A stretch of DNA of 43,745 bases from Nemertoderma westbladi (lineage: Eukaryota > Animalia > Xenacoelomorpha), in NCBI GenBank assembly GCA_032718475.1, contig JAUCBJ010008561.1, positions 1-43,745 of the forward strand. The letters are read 5' to 3'. Below are positions 1-13,839 of this stretch, piece by piece. The notes under the pieces are model-generated. The model saw only the letters and a program-made list of their open reading frames with translations. It was not told where the DNA came from and did not search any database. How positions within the stretch are numbered: position 1 is the first letter of the stretch; each line of letters begins with the position of its first letter. Both the position numbers and the translations under genes were made by a program.

Positions 1-247
1 GATGCAACGACGCGAACCAATACTGACGGGAGGTAACAGCTGTAGGAGTAAGGAGGGCATCGCGAGGTTAGGCTACGCGTAGGTGATACGCAGCGATTGG
101 CTGAAGGCAAGAATACTGTTGGTGACAGATGGTCATTAAACACCACGATTTAGCACCGGAATTTGGCATTTTTTAATTGCCTCCGAGATGTGGCCCGTAG
201 CCCAGGCTAGGGAGGAGTTAGCCGAGGGCTATGCTTCTCCTACTACT
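1..247. mobile_element. Probable terminus (TIR) of a Polinton/Maverick-like element abutting the satellite; partial
   Basis: Ends ...CTCCTACTACT at 247 (AGTAGTAGGAG on the minus strand). The first 9 nt are the same as the TIRs at 21466/28213, and satellite sequence (cctgttatgg) starts immediately after. Only the end motif supports the call. Confidence 0.45.
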
Positions 248-3200
248 CCTGTTATGGTTCTAAAGTCTACACTCAAACATACTACATCCTACAATTATAC
301 ACCCTGTTATGGTTCTAAAGTCTACACTCAAACATACATCCTACAATCATACACCTTGTTATGGTTCTAAAGTCTACACTCAAACATACATCATACAATC
401 ATACATCCTGTTATGGTTCTAAAGTCTACACTCAAACATACATCCTACAGTCATACACCCTGTTATGGTTCTAAAGTCTACACTCAAACATACATCCTAC
501 AATCATACACCCTGTTATGGTTCTAAAGTCTACACTCAAACATACATCCTACAATCATACACCCTGTTATGGTTCTAAAGTCTACACTCAAACATACTAC
601 ATCCTACAATCATACACCCTGTTATGGTTCTAAAGTCTACACTCAAACATACATCCTACAATCATACACCCTGTTATGGTTCTAAAGTCTGCACTCAAAC
701 ATACATCCTACAATCATACACCCTGTTATGGTTCTAAAGTCTACACTCAAACATACTACATCCTACAATCATACACCCTGTTATGGTTCTAAAGTCTACA
801 CTCAAACATACATCCTACAATCATACATCCTGTTATGGTTCTAAAGTCTACACTCAAACATACATCCTACAATCATACACCCTGTTATGGTTCTAAAGTC
901 TACACTCAAACATACTACATCCTACAATCATACATCCTGTTATGGTTCTAAAGTCTACACTCAAACATACTTCCTACAATCTACAATCATACACCCTGTT
1001 ATGGTTCTAAAGTCTACACTCAAACATACATCCTACAATCATACACCCTGTTATGGTTCTAAAGTCTACACTCAAACATACATCCTACAATCATACACCC
1101 TGTTATGGTTCTAAAGTCTACACTCAAACCTACATCCTACAATCATACACCCTGTTATGGTTCTAAAGTCTACACTCAAACATACATCCTACAATCATAC
1201 ACCCTGTTATGGTTCTAAAGTCTACACTCAAACCTACATCCTACAATCATACACCCTGTTATGGTTCTAAAGTCTACACTCAAACATACATCCTACAATC
1301 ATACACCCTGTTATGGTTCTAAAGTCTACACTCAAACCTACATCCTACAATCATACACCCTGTTATGGTTCTAAAGTCTACACTCAAACATACATCCTAC
1401 AATCATACACCCTGTTATGGTTCTAAAGTCTACACTCAAACATACTACATCCTACAATCATACACCCTGTTATGGTTCTAAAGACTACACTCAAACATAC
1501 ATCCTACAATCATACACCCTGTTATGGTTCTAAAGTCTACACTCAAACATACTACATCCTACAATCATACACCCTGTTATGGTTCTAAAGTCTACACTCA
1601 AACATACTTCCTACAATCTACAATCATACACCCTGTTATGGTTCTAAAGTCTACACTCAAACATACATCCTACAATCATACACCCTGTTATGGTTCTAAA
1701 GTCTACACTCAAACATACATCCTACAATCATACACCCTGTTATGGTTCTAAAGTCTACACTCAAACCTACATCCTACAATCATACACCCTGTTATGGTTC
1801 TAAAGTCTACACTCAAACATACATCCTACAATCATACACCCTGTTATGGTTCTAAAGTCTACACTCAAACCTACATCCTACAATCATACACCCTGTTATG
1901 GTTCTAAAGTCTACACTCAAACATACATCCTACAATCATACACCCTGTTATGGTTCTAAAGTCTACACTCAAACCTACATCCTACAATCATACACCCTGT
2001 TATGGTTCTAAAGTCTACACTCAAACATACATCCTACAATCATACACCCTGTTATGGTTCTAAAGTCTACACTCAAACCTACATCCTACAATCATACACC
2101 CTGTTATGGTTCTAAAGTCTACACTCAAACATACATCCTACAATCATACACCCTGTTATGGTTCTAAAGTCTACACTCAAACCTACATCCTACAATCATA
2201 CACCCTGTTATGGTTCTAAAGACTACACTCAAACATACATCCTACAATCATACACCCTGTTATGGTTCTAAAGTCTACACTCAAACATACTACATCCTAC
2301 AATCATACACCCTGTTATGGTTCTAAAGTCTACACTCAAACATACTTCCTACAATCTACAATCATACACCCTGTTATGGTTCTAAAGTCTACACTCAAAC
2401 ATACATCCTACAATCATACACCCTGTTATGGTTCTAAAGTCTACACTCAAACATACATCCTACAATCATACACCCTGTTATGGTTCTAAAGTCTACACTC
2501 AAACCTACATCCTACAATCATACACCCTGTTATGGTTCTAAAGTCTACACTCAAACATACATCCTACAATCATACACCCTGTTATGGTTCTAAAGTCTAC
2601 ACTCAAACCTACATCCTACAATCATACACCCTGTTATGGTTCTAAAGTCTACACTCAAACATACATCCTACAATCATACACCCTGTTATGGTTCTAAAGT
2701 CTACACTCAAACCTACATCCTACAATCATACACCCTGTTATGGTTCTAAAGTCTACACTCAAACATACATCCTACAATCTACAATCATACACCCTGTTAT
2801 GGTTCTAAAGTCTACACTCAAACATACATCCTACAATCATACACCCTGTTATGGTTCTAAAGTCTACACTCAAACATACATCCTACAATCATACACCCTG
2901 TTATGGTTCTAAAGTTTACACTCAAACATACATCCTACAATCATACATCCTGTTATGGTTCTAAAGTCTACACTCAAACATACTTCCTACAATCATACAC
3001 CCTGTTATGGTTCTAAAGTCTACACTCAAACATACATCCTACAATCATACACCCTGTTATGGTTCTAAAGTCTACACTCAAACATACATCCTATAATCTA
3101 CAATCATACACCCTGTTATGGTTCTAAAGTCTACACTCAAACATACATCCTACAATCATACACCCTGTTATGGTTCTAAAGTCTACGCTCAAACATACTA

Positions 3201-6200
3201 CATCCTACAATCATACACCCTGTTATGGTTCTAAAGTCTACACTCAAACATACATCCTACAATCATACACCCTGTTATGGTTCTAAAGTCTACACTCAAA
3301 CATACATCCTACAATCATACACCCTGTTATGGTTCTAAAGTCTACACTCAAACATACTACATCCTACAATCATACACCCTGTTATGGTTCTAAAGTCTAC
3401 ACTCAAACATACATCCTACAATCATACACCCTGTTATGGTTCTAAAGTCTACACTCAAACATACATCCTACAATCATACACCCTGTTATGGTTCTAAAGT
3501 CTACACTCAAACATACTACATCCTACAATCATACACCCTGTTATGGTTCTAAAGTCTACACTCAAACATACTACATCCTACAATCATACACCCTGTTATG
3601 GTTCTAAAGTCTACACTCAAACATACTACATCCTACAATCATACACCCTGTTATGGTTCTAAAGTCTACACTCAAACATACTTCCTACAATCATACACCC
3701 TGTTATGGTTCTAAAGCCTACACTCAAACATACATCCTACAATCATACACCCTGTTATGGTTCTAAAGTCTACACTCAAACATACTACATCCTACAATCA
3801 TACACCCTGTTATGGTTCTAAAGTCTACACTCAAACATACATCCTACAATCATACACCCTGTTATGGTTCTAAAGTCTACACTCAAACATAAATCCTACA
3901 ATCATACACCCTGTTATGGTTCTAAAGTCTACACTCAAACATACATCCTACAATCTACAATCATACACCCTGTTATGGTTGTAAAGTCTACACTCAAACA
4001 TACATCCTACAATCATACACCCTGTTATGGTTCTAAAGTCTACACTCAAACATACTACATCCTACAATCATACACCCTGTTATGGTTCTAAAGTCTACAC
4101 TCAAACATACATCCTACAATCATACACCCTGTTATGGTTCTAAAGTCTACACTCAAACATACATCCTACAATCATACACCCTGTTATGGTTCTAAAGTCT
4201 ACACTCAAACATACATCCTACAATCATACACCCTGTTATGGTTCTAAAGTCTACACTCAAACATACATCCTACAATCATACATCCTGTTATGGTTCTAAA
4301 GTCTACACTCAAACATACATCCTACAATCATACACCCTGTTATGGTTCTAAAGTCTACACTCAAACATACTACATCCTACAATCATACACCCTGTTATGG
4401 TTCTAAAGTCTACACTCAAACATACATCCTACAATCATACACCCTGTTATGGTTCTAAAGTCTACACTCAAACATACATCCTATAATCTACAATCATACA
4501 CCCTGTTATGGTTGTAAAGTCTACACTCAAACATACATCCTACAATCATACACCCTGTTATGGTTCTAAAGTCTACACTCAAACATACTACATCCTACAA
4601 TCATACACCCTGTTATGGTTCTAAAGTCTACACTCAAACATACATCCTACAATCATACACCCTGTTATGGTTCTAAAGTCTACACTCAAACATACTACAT
4701 CCTACAATCATACACCCTGTTATGGTTCTAAAGTCTACACTCAAACATACATCCTACAATCATACACCCTGTTATGGTTCTAAAGTCTACACTCAAACAT
4801 ACATCCTACAATCATACACCCTGTTATGGTTCTAAAGTCTACACTCAAACATACATCCTATAATCTACAATCATACACCCTGTTATGGTTCTAAAGTCTA
4901 CACTCAAACATACTTCCTACAATCATACACCCTGTTATGGTTCTAAAGTCTACACTCAAACATACATCCTACAATCATACACCCTGTTATGGTTCTAAAG
5001 TCTACACTCAAACATACTACATCCTACAATCATACACCCTGTTATGGTTCTAAAGTCTACACTCAAACATACTACATCCTACAATCATACACCCTGTTAT
5101 GGTTCTAAAGTCTACACTCAAACATACTACATCCTACAATCATACACCCTGTTATGGTTCTAAAGTCTACACTCAAACATACTTCCTACAATCATACACC
5201 CTGTTATGGTTCTAAAGTCTACACTCAAACATACATCCTACAATCATACACCCTGTTATGGTTCTAAAGTCTACACTCAAACATACATCCTACAATCATA
5301 CACCCTGTTATGGTTCTAAAGTCTACACTCAAACATAAATCCTACAATCATACACCCTGTTATGGTTCTAAAGTCTACACTCAAACATACATCCTACAAT
5401 CATACACCCTGTTATGGTTCTAAAGTCTACACTCAAACATACTACATCCTACAATCATACATCCTGTTATGGTTCTAAAGTCTACACTCAAACATAAATC
5501 CTACAATCATACACCCTGTTATGGTTCTAAAGTCTACACTCAAACATAAATCTTACAATCATACACCCTGTTATGGTTCTAAAGTCTACACTCAAACATA
5601 CTACATCCTACAATCATACACCCTGTTATGGTTCTAAAGTCTACACTCAAACATACATCCTACAATCATACATCCTGTTATGGTTCTAAAGTCTACACTC
5701 AAACATACATCCTACAATCATACATCCTGTTATGGTTCTAAAGTCTACACTCAAACATACATCCTACAATCATACACCCTGTTATGGTTCTAAAGTCTAC
5801 ACTCAAACATACATCCTATAATCTACAAACATACACCCTGTTACGGTTCTAAAGTCTACACTCAAACATACTTCTTACAATCATACACCCTGTTATGGTT
5901 CTAAAGTCTACACTCAAACATACATCCTACAATCATGCACCCTGTTATGGTTCTAAAGTCTACACTCAAACATACATCCTACAATCATACACCCTGTTAT
6001 GGTTCTAAAGTCTACACTCAAACATACATCCTACAATCATACACCCTGTTATGGTTCTAAAGTCTACACTCAAACATACATCCTACAATCATACACCCTG
6101 TTATGGTTCTAAAGTCTACACTCAAACATACATCCTACAATCATACACCCTGTTATGGTTCTAAAGTCTACACTCAAACATACATCCTACAATCATACAC

Positions 6201-9200
6201 CCTGTTATGGTTCTAAAGTCTACACTCAAACATACATCCTACAATCATACACCCTGTTATGGTTCTAAAGTCTACACTCAAACATACATCCTACAATCAT
6301 ACACCCTGTTATGGTTCTAAAGTCTACACTCAAACATACATCCTACAATCATACACCCTGTTATGGTTCTAAAGTCTACACTCAAACATACATCCTACAA
6401 TCATACACCCTGTTATGGTTCTAAAGTCTACACTCAAACATACATCCTACAATCATACACCCTGTTATGGTTCTAAAGTCTACACTCAAACATACATCCT
6501 ACAATCATACACCCTGTTATGGTTCTAAAGTCTACACTCAAACATACATCCTACAATCATACACCCTGTTATGGTTCTAAAGTCTACACTCAAACATACA
6601 TCCTACAATCATACACCCTGTTATGGTTCTAAAGTCTACACTCAAACATACATCCTACAATCATACACCCTGTTATGGTTCTAAAGTCTACACTCAAACA
6701 TACATCCTACAATCATACACCCTGTTATGGTTCTAAAGTCTACACTCAAACATACATCCTACAATCATACACCCTGTTATGGTTCTAAAGTCTACACTCA
6801 AACATACATCCTACAATCATACACCCTGTTATGGTTCTAAAGTCTACACTCAAACATACATCCTACAATCATACACCCTGTTATGGTTCTAAAGTCTACA
6901 CTCAAACATACATCCTACAATCATACACCCTGTTATGGTTCTAAAGTCTACACTCAAACATACATCCTACAATCATACACCCTGTTATGGTTCTAAAGTC
7001 TGCACTCAAACATACATCCTACAATCATACATCCTGTTATGGTTCTAAAGTCTACACACAAACATACATCCTACAATCATACATCCTGTTATGGTTCTAA
7101 AGTCTACACTCAAACATACATCCTACAATCATACACCCTGTTATGGTTCTAAAGTCTACACTCAAACATACATCCTACAATCATACACCCTGTTATGGTT
7201 CTAAAGTCTACACTCAAACATACATCCTACAATCATACATCCTGTTATGGTTCTAAAGTCTACACTCAAACATACATCCTACAATCATACACCCTGTTAT
7301 GGTTCTAAAGACTACACTCAAACATACATCCTACAATCATACACCCTGTTATGGTTCTAAAGTCTACACTCAAACATACATCCTACAATCATACATCCTG
7401 TTATGGTTCTAAAGTCTACACTCAAACATACATCCTACAATCATACACCCTGTTATGGTTCTAAAGACTACACTCAAACATACATCCTACAGTCATACAC
7501 CCTGTTATGGTTCTAAAGTCTACACTCAAACATACTACATCCTACAATCATACACCCTGTTATGGTTCTAAAGTCTACACTCAAACATACATCCTACAAT
7601 CATACATCCTGTTATGGTTCTAAAGTCTACACTCAAACATACTACATCCTACAATCATACACCCTGTTATGGTTCTAAAGACTACACTCAAACATACATC
7701 CTACAATCATACACCCTGTTATGGTTCTAAAGTCTACACTCAAACATACTACATCCTACAATCATACACCCTGTTATGGTTCTAAAGACTACACTCAAAC
7801 ATACATCCTACAATCATACACCCTGTTATGGTTCTAAAGTCTACACTCAAACATACATCCTACAATCATACACCCTGTTATGGTTCTAAAGTCTACACTC
7901 AAACATACATCCTACAATCTACAATCATACACCCTGTTATGGTTCTAAAGTCTACACTCAAACATACATCCTACAATCATACACCCTGTTATGGTTCTAA
8001 AGTCTACACTCAAACATACATCCTACAATCATACACCCTGTTATGGTTCTAAAGTCTACACTCAAACATACATCCTACAATCATACATCCTGTTATGGTT
8101 CTAAAGTCTACACTCAAACATACTACATCCTACAATCATACACCCTGTTATGGTTCTAAAGTCTACACTCAAACATACTACATCCTACAATCATACACCC
8201 TGTTATGGTTCTAAAGTCTACACTCAAACATACTTCCTACAATCATACACCCTGTTATGGTTCTAAAGTCTACACTCAAACATACATCCTACAATCATAC
8301 ACCCTGTTATGGTTCTAAAGTCTACACTCAAACATACTTCCTACAATCATACACCCTGTTATGGTTCTAAAGTCTACACTCAAACATACATCCTACAATC
8401 ATACACCCTGTTATGGTTCTAAAGTCTACACTCAAACATACTACATCCTACAATCATACACCCTGTTATGGTTCTAAAGTCTACACTCAAACATACTACA
8501 TCCTACAATCATACACCCTGTTATGGTTCTAAAGTCTACACTCAAACATACATCCTACAATCATACACCCTGTTATGGTTCTAAAGTCTACACTCAAACA
8601 TACATCCTACAATCATACACCCTGTTATGGTTCTAAAGACTACACTCAAACATACATCCTACAATCATACACCCTGTTATGGTTCTAAAGTCTACACTCA
8701 AACATACATCCTACAATCATACACCCTGTTATGGTTCTAAAGTCTACACTCAAACATACATCCTACAATCATACACCCTGTTATGGTTCTAAAGTCTACA
8801 CTCAAACATACATCCTACAATCATACACCCTGTTATGGTTCTAAAGTCTACACTCAAACATACATCCTACAATCATACATCCTGTTATGGTTCTAAAGTC
8901 TACACTCAAACATACATCCTACAATCATACACCCTGTTATGGTTCTAAAGTCTACACTCAAACATACATCCTACAATCATACATCCTGTTATGGTTCTAA
9001 AGTCTACACTCAAACATACATCCTACAATCATACATCCTGTTATGGTTCTAAAGTCTACACTCAAACATACATCCTACAATCATACACCCTGTTATGGTT
9101 CTAAAGTCTACACTCAAACATACATCCTACAATCATACATCCTGTTATGGTTCTAAAGTCTACACTCAAACATACATCCTACAATCATACACCCTGTTAT

Positions 9201-12066
9201 GGTTCTAAAGTCTACACTCAAACATACATCCTACAATCATACATCCTGTTATGGTTCTAAAGTCTACACTCAAACATACATCCTACAATCATACACCCTG
9301 TTATGGTTCTAAAGTCTACACTCAAACATACATCCTACAATCATACACCCTGTTATGGTTCTAAAGTCTACACTCAAACATACATCCTACAATCATACAT
9401 CATGTTATGGTTCTAAAGTCTACACTCAAACATACATCCTACAATCATACACCCTGTTATGGTTCTAAAGTCTACACTCAAACATACATCCTACAATCAT
9501 ACACCCTGTTATGGTTCTAAAGTCTACACTCAAACATACATCCTACAATCATACATCCTGTTATGGTTCTAAAGTCTACACTCAAACCTACATCCTACAA
9601 TCATACACCCTGTTATGGTTCTAAAGTCTACACTCAAACATACATCCTACAATCATACACCCTGTTATGGTTCTAAAGTCTACACTCAAACATACATCCT
9701 ACAATCATACACACTGTTATGGTTCTAAAGTCTACACTCAAACATACATCCTACAATCATTCATCCTGTTATGGTTCTAAAGTCTACACTCAAGCATACA
9801 TCCTACAATCATACACCCTGTTATGGTTCTAAAGTCTACACTCAAACATACTACATCCTACAATCATACACCCTGTTATGGTTCTAAAGACTACACTCAA
9901 ACATACATCCTACAATCTACAATCATACACCCTGTTATGGTTCTAAAGTCTACACTCAAACATACATCTCATACACCCTGTTATGGTTCTAAAGTCTACA
10001 CTCAAACATACATCCTACAATCATACATCCTGTTATGGTTCTAAAGTCTACACTCAAACCTACATCCTACAATCATACATCCTGTTATGGTTCTAAAGTC
10101 TACACTCAAACATACTACATCCTACAATCATACACCCTGTTATGGTTCTAAAGTCTACACTCAAACATACATCCTACAATCATACACACTGTTATGGTTC
10201 TAAAGTCTACACTCAAACATACATCCTACAATCATTCATCCTGTTATGGTTCTAAAGTCTACACTCAAGCATACATCCTACAATCATACACCCTGTTATG
10301 GTTCTAAAGTCTACACTCAAACATACTACATCCTACAATCATACACCCTGTTATGGTTCTAAAGACTACACTCAAACATACATCCTACAATCTACAATCA
10401 TACACCCTGTTATGGTTCTAAAGTCTACACTCAAACATACATCTCATACACCCTGTTATGGTTCTAAAGTCTACACTCAAACATACATCCTACAATCATT
10501 CACCCTGTTATGGTTCTAAAGTCTACACTCAAACATACTACATCCTACAATCATACACCCTGCTATGGTTCTAAAGACTACACTCAAACATACATCCTAC
10601 AATCATACACCCTGTTATGGTTCTAAAGTCTACACTCAAACATACATCCTACAGTCATACACCCTGTTATGGTTCTAAAGTCTACACTCAAACATACTAC
10701 ATCCTACAATCATACACCCTGTTATGGTTCTAAAGTCTACACTCAAACATACATCCTATAATCTACAATCATACACCCTGTTATGGTTCTAAATTCTACA
10801 ATCAAACATACATCCTACAATCATTCACCCTGTTATGGTTCTAAAGTCTACACTCAAACATACATCCTACAATCATACATCCTGTTATGGTTCTAAAGTC
10901 TACACTCAAACATACATCCTACAATCATACACCCTGTTATGGTTCTAAAGTCTACACTCAAACATACATCCTACAATCATACACCCTGTTATGGTTCTAA
11001 AGTCTACACTCAAACATACATCCTACAATCATACATCCTGTTATGGTTCTAAAGTCTACACTCAAACATACATCCTACAATCATACATCCTGTTATGGTT
11101 CTAAAGTCTACACTCAAACATACATCCTACAATCATACACCCTGTTATGGTTCTAAAGTCTACACTCAAACATACATCCTATAATCTACAATCATACACC
11201 CTGTTATGGTTCTAAATTCTACACTCAAACATACATCCTACAATCATTCACCCTGTTATGGTTCTAAAGTCTACACTCAAACATACATCCTACAATCATA
11301 CATCCTGTTATGGTTCTAAAGTCTACACTCAAACATACTTCCTACAATCTACAATCATACACCCTGTTATGGTTCTAAAGTCTACACTCAAACATACATC
11401 CTACAATCTACAATCATACACCCTGTTATGGTTCTAAAGTCTACACTCAAACATACATCCTACAATCATACATCCTGTTATGGTTCTAAAGTCTACACTC
11501 AAACATACATCCTACAATCTACAATCATACATCCTGTTATGGTTCTAAAGTCTACACTCAAACATACATCCTACAATCATACATCCTGTTATGGTTCTAA
11601 AGTCTACACTCAAACATACATCCTACAATCATACACCCTGTTATGGTTCTAAAGTCTACACTCAAACATACATCCTACAATCATACACCCTGTTATGGTT
11701 CTAAAGTCTACACTCAAACATACATCCTATAATCTACAATCATACATCCTGTTATGGTTCTAAAGTCTACACTCAAACATACATCCTACAATCATACACC
11801 CTGTTATGGTTCTAAAGTCTACACTCAAACATACATCCTACAATCATACACCCTGTTATGGTTCTAAAGTCTACACTCAAACATACATCCTATAATCTAC
11901 AATCATACACCCTGTTATGGTTCTAAATTCTACAATCAAACATACATCCTACAATCATACACCCTGTTATGGTTCTAAAGTCTACACTCAAACATACATC
12001 CTACAATCATTCACCCTGTTATGGTTCTAAAGTCTACACTCAAACATACATCCTACAATCATACAT
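248..12066. repeat. 52-bp tandem satellite, main block (roughly 220 units)
   Basis: Unit GGTTCTAAAGTCTACACTCAAACATACATCCTACAATCATACACCCTGTTAT; 6001 to 6781 is exactly 15 x 52 bp. Variants include +3 (TAC), +7 (TCTACAA), -6 and point changes. Confidence 0.99.
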
Positions 12067-12232
12067 GTCAATCATACATATAATCATACGATAAGTATAC
12101 AATCATACAATCATACGATAAGTATTGGTAACTGCAACTGCAATACTGCTGTACTGGTTGAATACTGCAATACTGACTCTGAGACGTACTGCCTGACTTC
12201 TGCAAATAACACTGTTGTACCGGTACTGGGTT

Positions 12233-13714
12233 ATGACGACAGTGGCTACCGTAACTGCGGCCTTGGCTGCAGACGCTGCTTCATGTAGTCATGTCGAATG
12301 TGATGTTCTATCTTACCTGTGGACCTCGCATGTAAAAGGTTATACACGGGACTCTATTGTATCCATAGTTCAATCATGGCATCGTTTCACAGATGCAATG
12401 TTTAAAGAAGCGAAAAATATATTGCTGTCATTGATTCCTGGTAGCGACAGGGAGAAGAGTAAGCAATCCTTTGCAAAGTCGCGCCAATTAGGTGAGTCGT
12501 TTCGCAAGAATACCGTATGCGACATTCTGGACATCTTTGATTATGATGGGTTCATAAATCGAACTGGTAGCCTTCCTCGATTTGTACCCAGTGATTTGGC
12601 TATAATTCCGCCTTTCGCTCTCAGTCACGCCGATACTGCTGTGATGCTTCGTCAATTGAGTGTCATGCAGGACCGTCTAGCAGTAATAGAGGCGGTTTGT
12701 CTGTCTCCGGGTGGATATTCCCCTTCTACAACTTCTTCGCAACAAGGTGCGATAGCTGTGGTTCCGGTACGGGTACCGGTACCGGTAACTTCTTGTACCG
12801 GCAGCTGTAGTCAACAGTCACCCTACATCTGCAAACCTGATGACAGGCCAGTTATTTCAGTTCCTCGTAATAACACCCTTGCTAGCGGAGCTAATCGTAC
12901 CGGTGAACCTAATTCGAACCTAAACTTCAGTGCTGCCCTAGGTCATAACCCTCTGGCACCCGTATTCGTAGCTGCATCACGATCTCCTTCTCCGTTATCT
13001 CAAGCGTCGTCGGGGCCTGCTACTACCGGTAGTGGCACTGGCAGGTCTAGCTTGGTAGCCAACAGCATGTATCCGAATGTTCCACAACAGTGTGATGAAG
13101 AATTCTCAGTTCCATATTCTCAGCGTAAGCGTGCTAAGCGGCAGTTGTGCAACCAGCAGCCGTCGACGGATAACTGGGCATCCAGCAGCGGCAGGCCATC
13201 ATTTGTAAAAGGGTCCTCAACATCTACTAGTTTTCGCACAGTTCAACCTTCACGGAAGCTATTCTTAACAGGATGTCATCCTGACGTTGAAGCTGCTACA
13301 ATTACTGGATTTGTTAAAGATAAGCTCGGGTTTGATGTAATTTGCAAGAAAATTTCGTCAGACGCGGCTTCTGTTCGTTCGTTCCTGATTATTTGTTCTG
13401 ACTCCGAGCGGACATTGCTTTTGAACCCTACTATCTGGCCTCTATATGCAAGAATTAGGGACTTTGAACAGCGCAATCGTATCAATCCGAAATCGGCAAC
13501 GAATTCCGGGTTTTCTGCTAGACCTAACAGCAGCAGCAGAGAAGTTTTGGATCCACAGGTTCCTCAGGGTACCTCTGCCCCTGCCCCTGTACCCAACACT
13601 AACCCTCAAACAGATATACATGACGTCGATGTGAGCTCGGACGTGATGGAGGTTAGCCATAGAGATAGTGACAATTCTGAGCTGTTCCTTAATCTAATTG
13701 ACCCCGCAACGTGA
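12233..13714 (+). CDS. LINE ORF1 protein (N-terminal helical/coiled-coil region, low-complexity linker, C-terminal RRM-like domain)
   Basis: Open frame from 12215 with first ATG at 12233. The motifs LPRFVPSDLAIIPP and KLFLTG...SFLI...NPTIWPLYARIRDF resemble CR1/L2-group ORF1. Lies directly upstream of ORF2. Confidence 0.85.
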   Translation: MTTVATVTAALAADAASCSHVECDVLSYLWTSHVKGYTRDSIVSIVQSWHRFTDAMFKEAKNILLSLIPGSDREKSKQSFAKSRQLGESFRKNTVCDILDIFDYDGFINRTGSLPRFVPSDLAIIPPFALSHADTAVMLRQLSVMQDRLAVIEAVCLSPGGYSPSTTSSQQGAIAVVPVRVPVPVTSCTGSCSQQSPYICKPDDRPVISVPRNNTLASGANRTGEPNSNLNFSAALGHNPLAPVFVAASRSPSPLSQASSGPATTGSGTGRSSLVANSMYPNVPQQCDEEFSVPYSQRKRAKRQLCNQQPSTDNWASSSGRPSFVKGSSTSTSFRTVQPSRKLFLTGCHPDVEAATITGFVKDKLGFDVICKKISSDAASVRSFLIICSDSERTLLLNPTIWPLYARIRDFEQRNRINPKSATNSGFSARPNSSSREVLDPQVPQGTSAPAPVPNTNPQTDIHDVDVSSDVMEVSHRDSDNSELFLNLIDPAT

Positions 13715-13839
13715 TCTTGGTTCTGTTAATGTAATTCTGTGAATAACTTTTATATGTATATACACACATATTTATTTATATTTGATATTTTGCATTGATT
13801 TTATTGCGGAGATATTTATATTTATTTTTGGAAACAACT

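Noticed and set aside
1-240. rRNA/snRNA fragment, or a CRESS Rep start (minus strand MPNSGAKSWC)
   Set aside because: No conserved RNA motif recognised, and the reading frame stops after about 33 codons.
248-12066. CRISPR array or coding repeats (MVLKSTLKH... ORFs)
   Set aside because: Units are contiguous with no unique spacers and no cas genes. The short ORFs arise wherever indel variants happen to skip stop codons.
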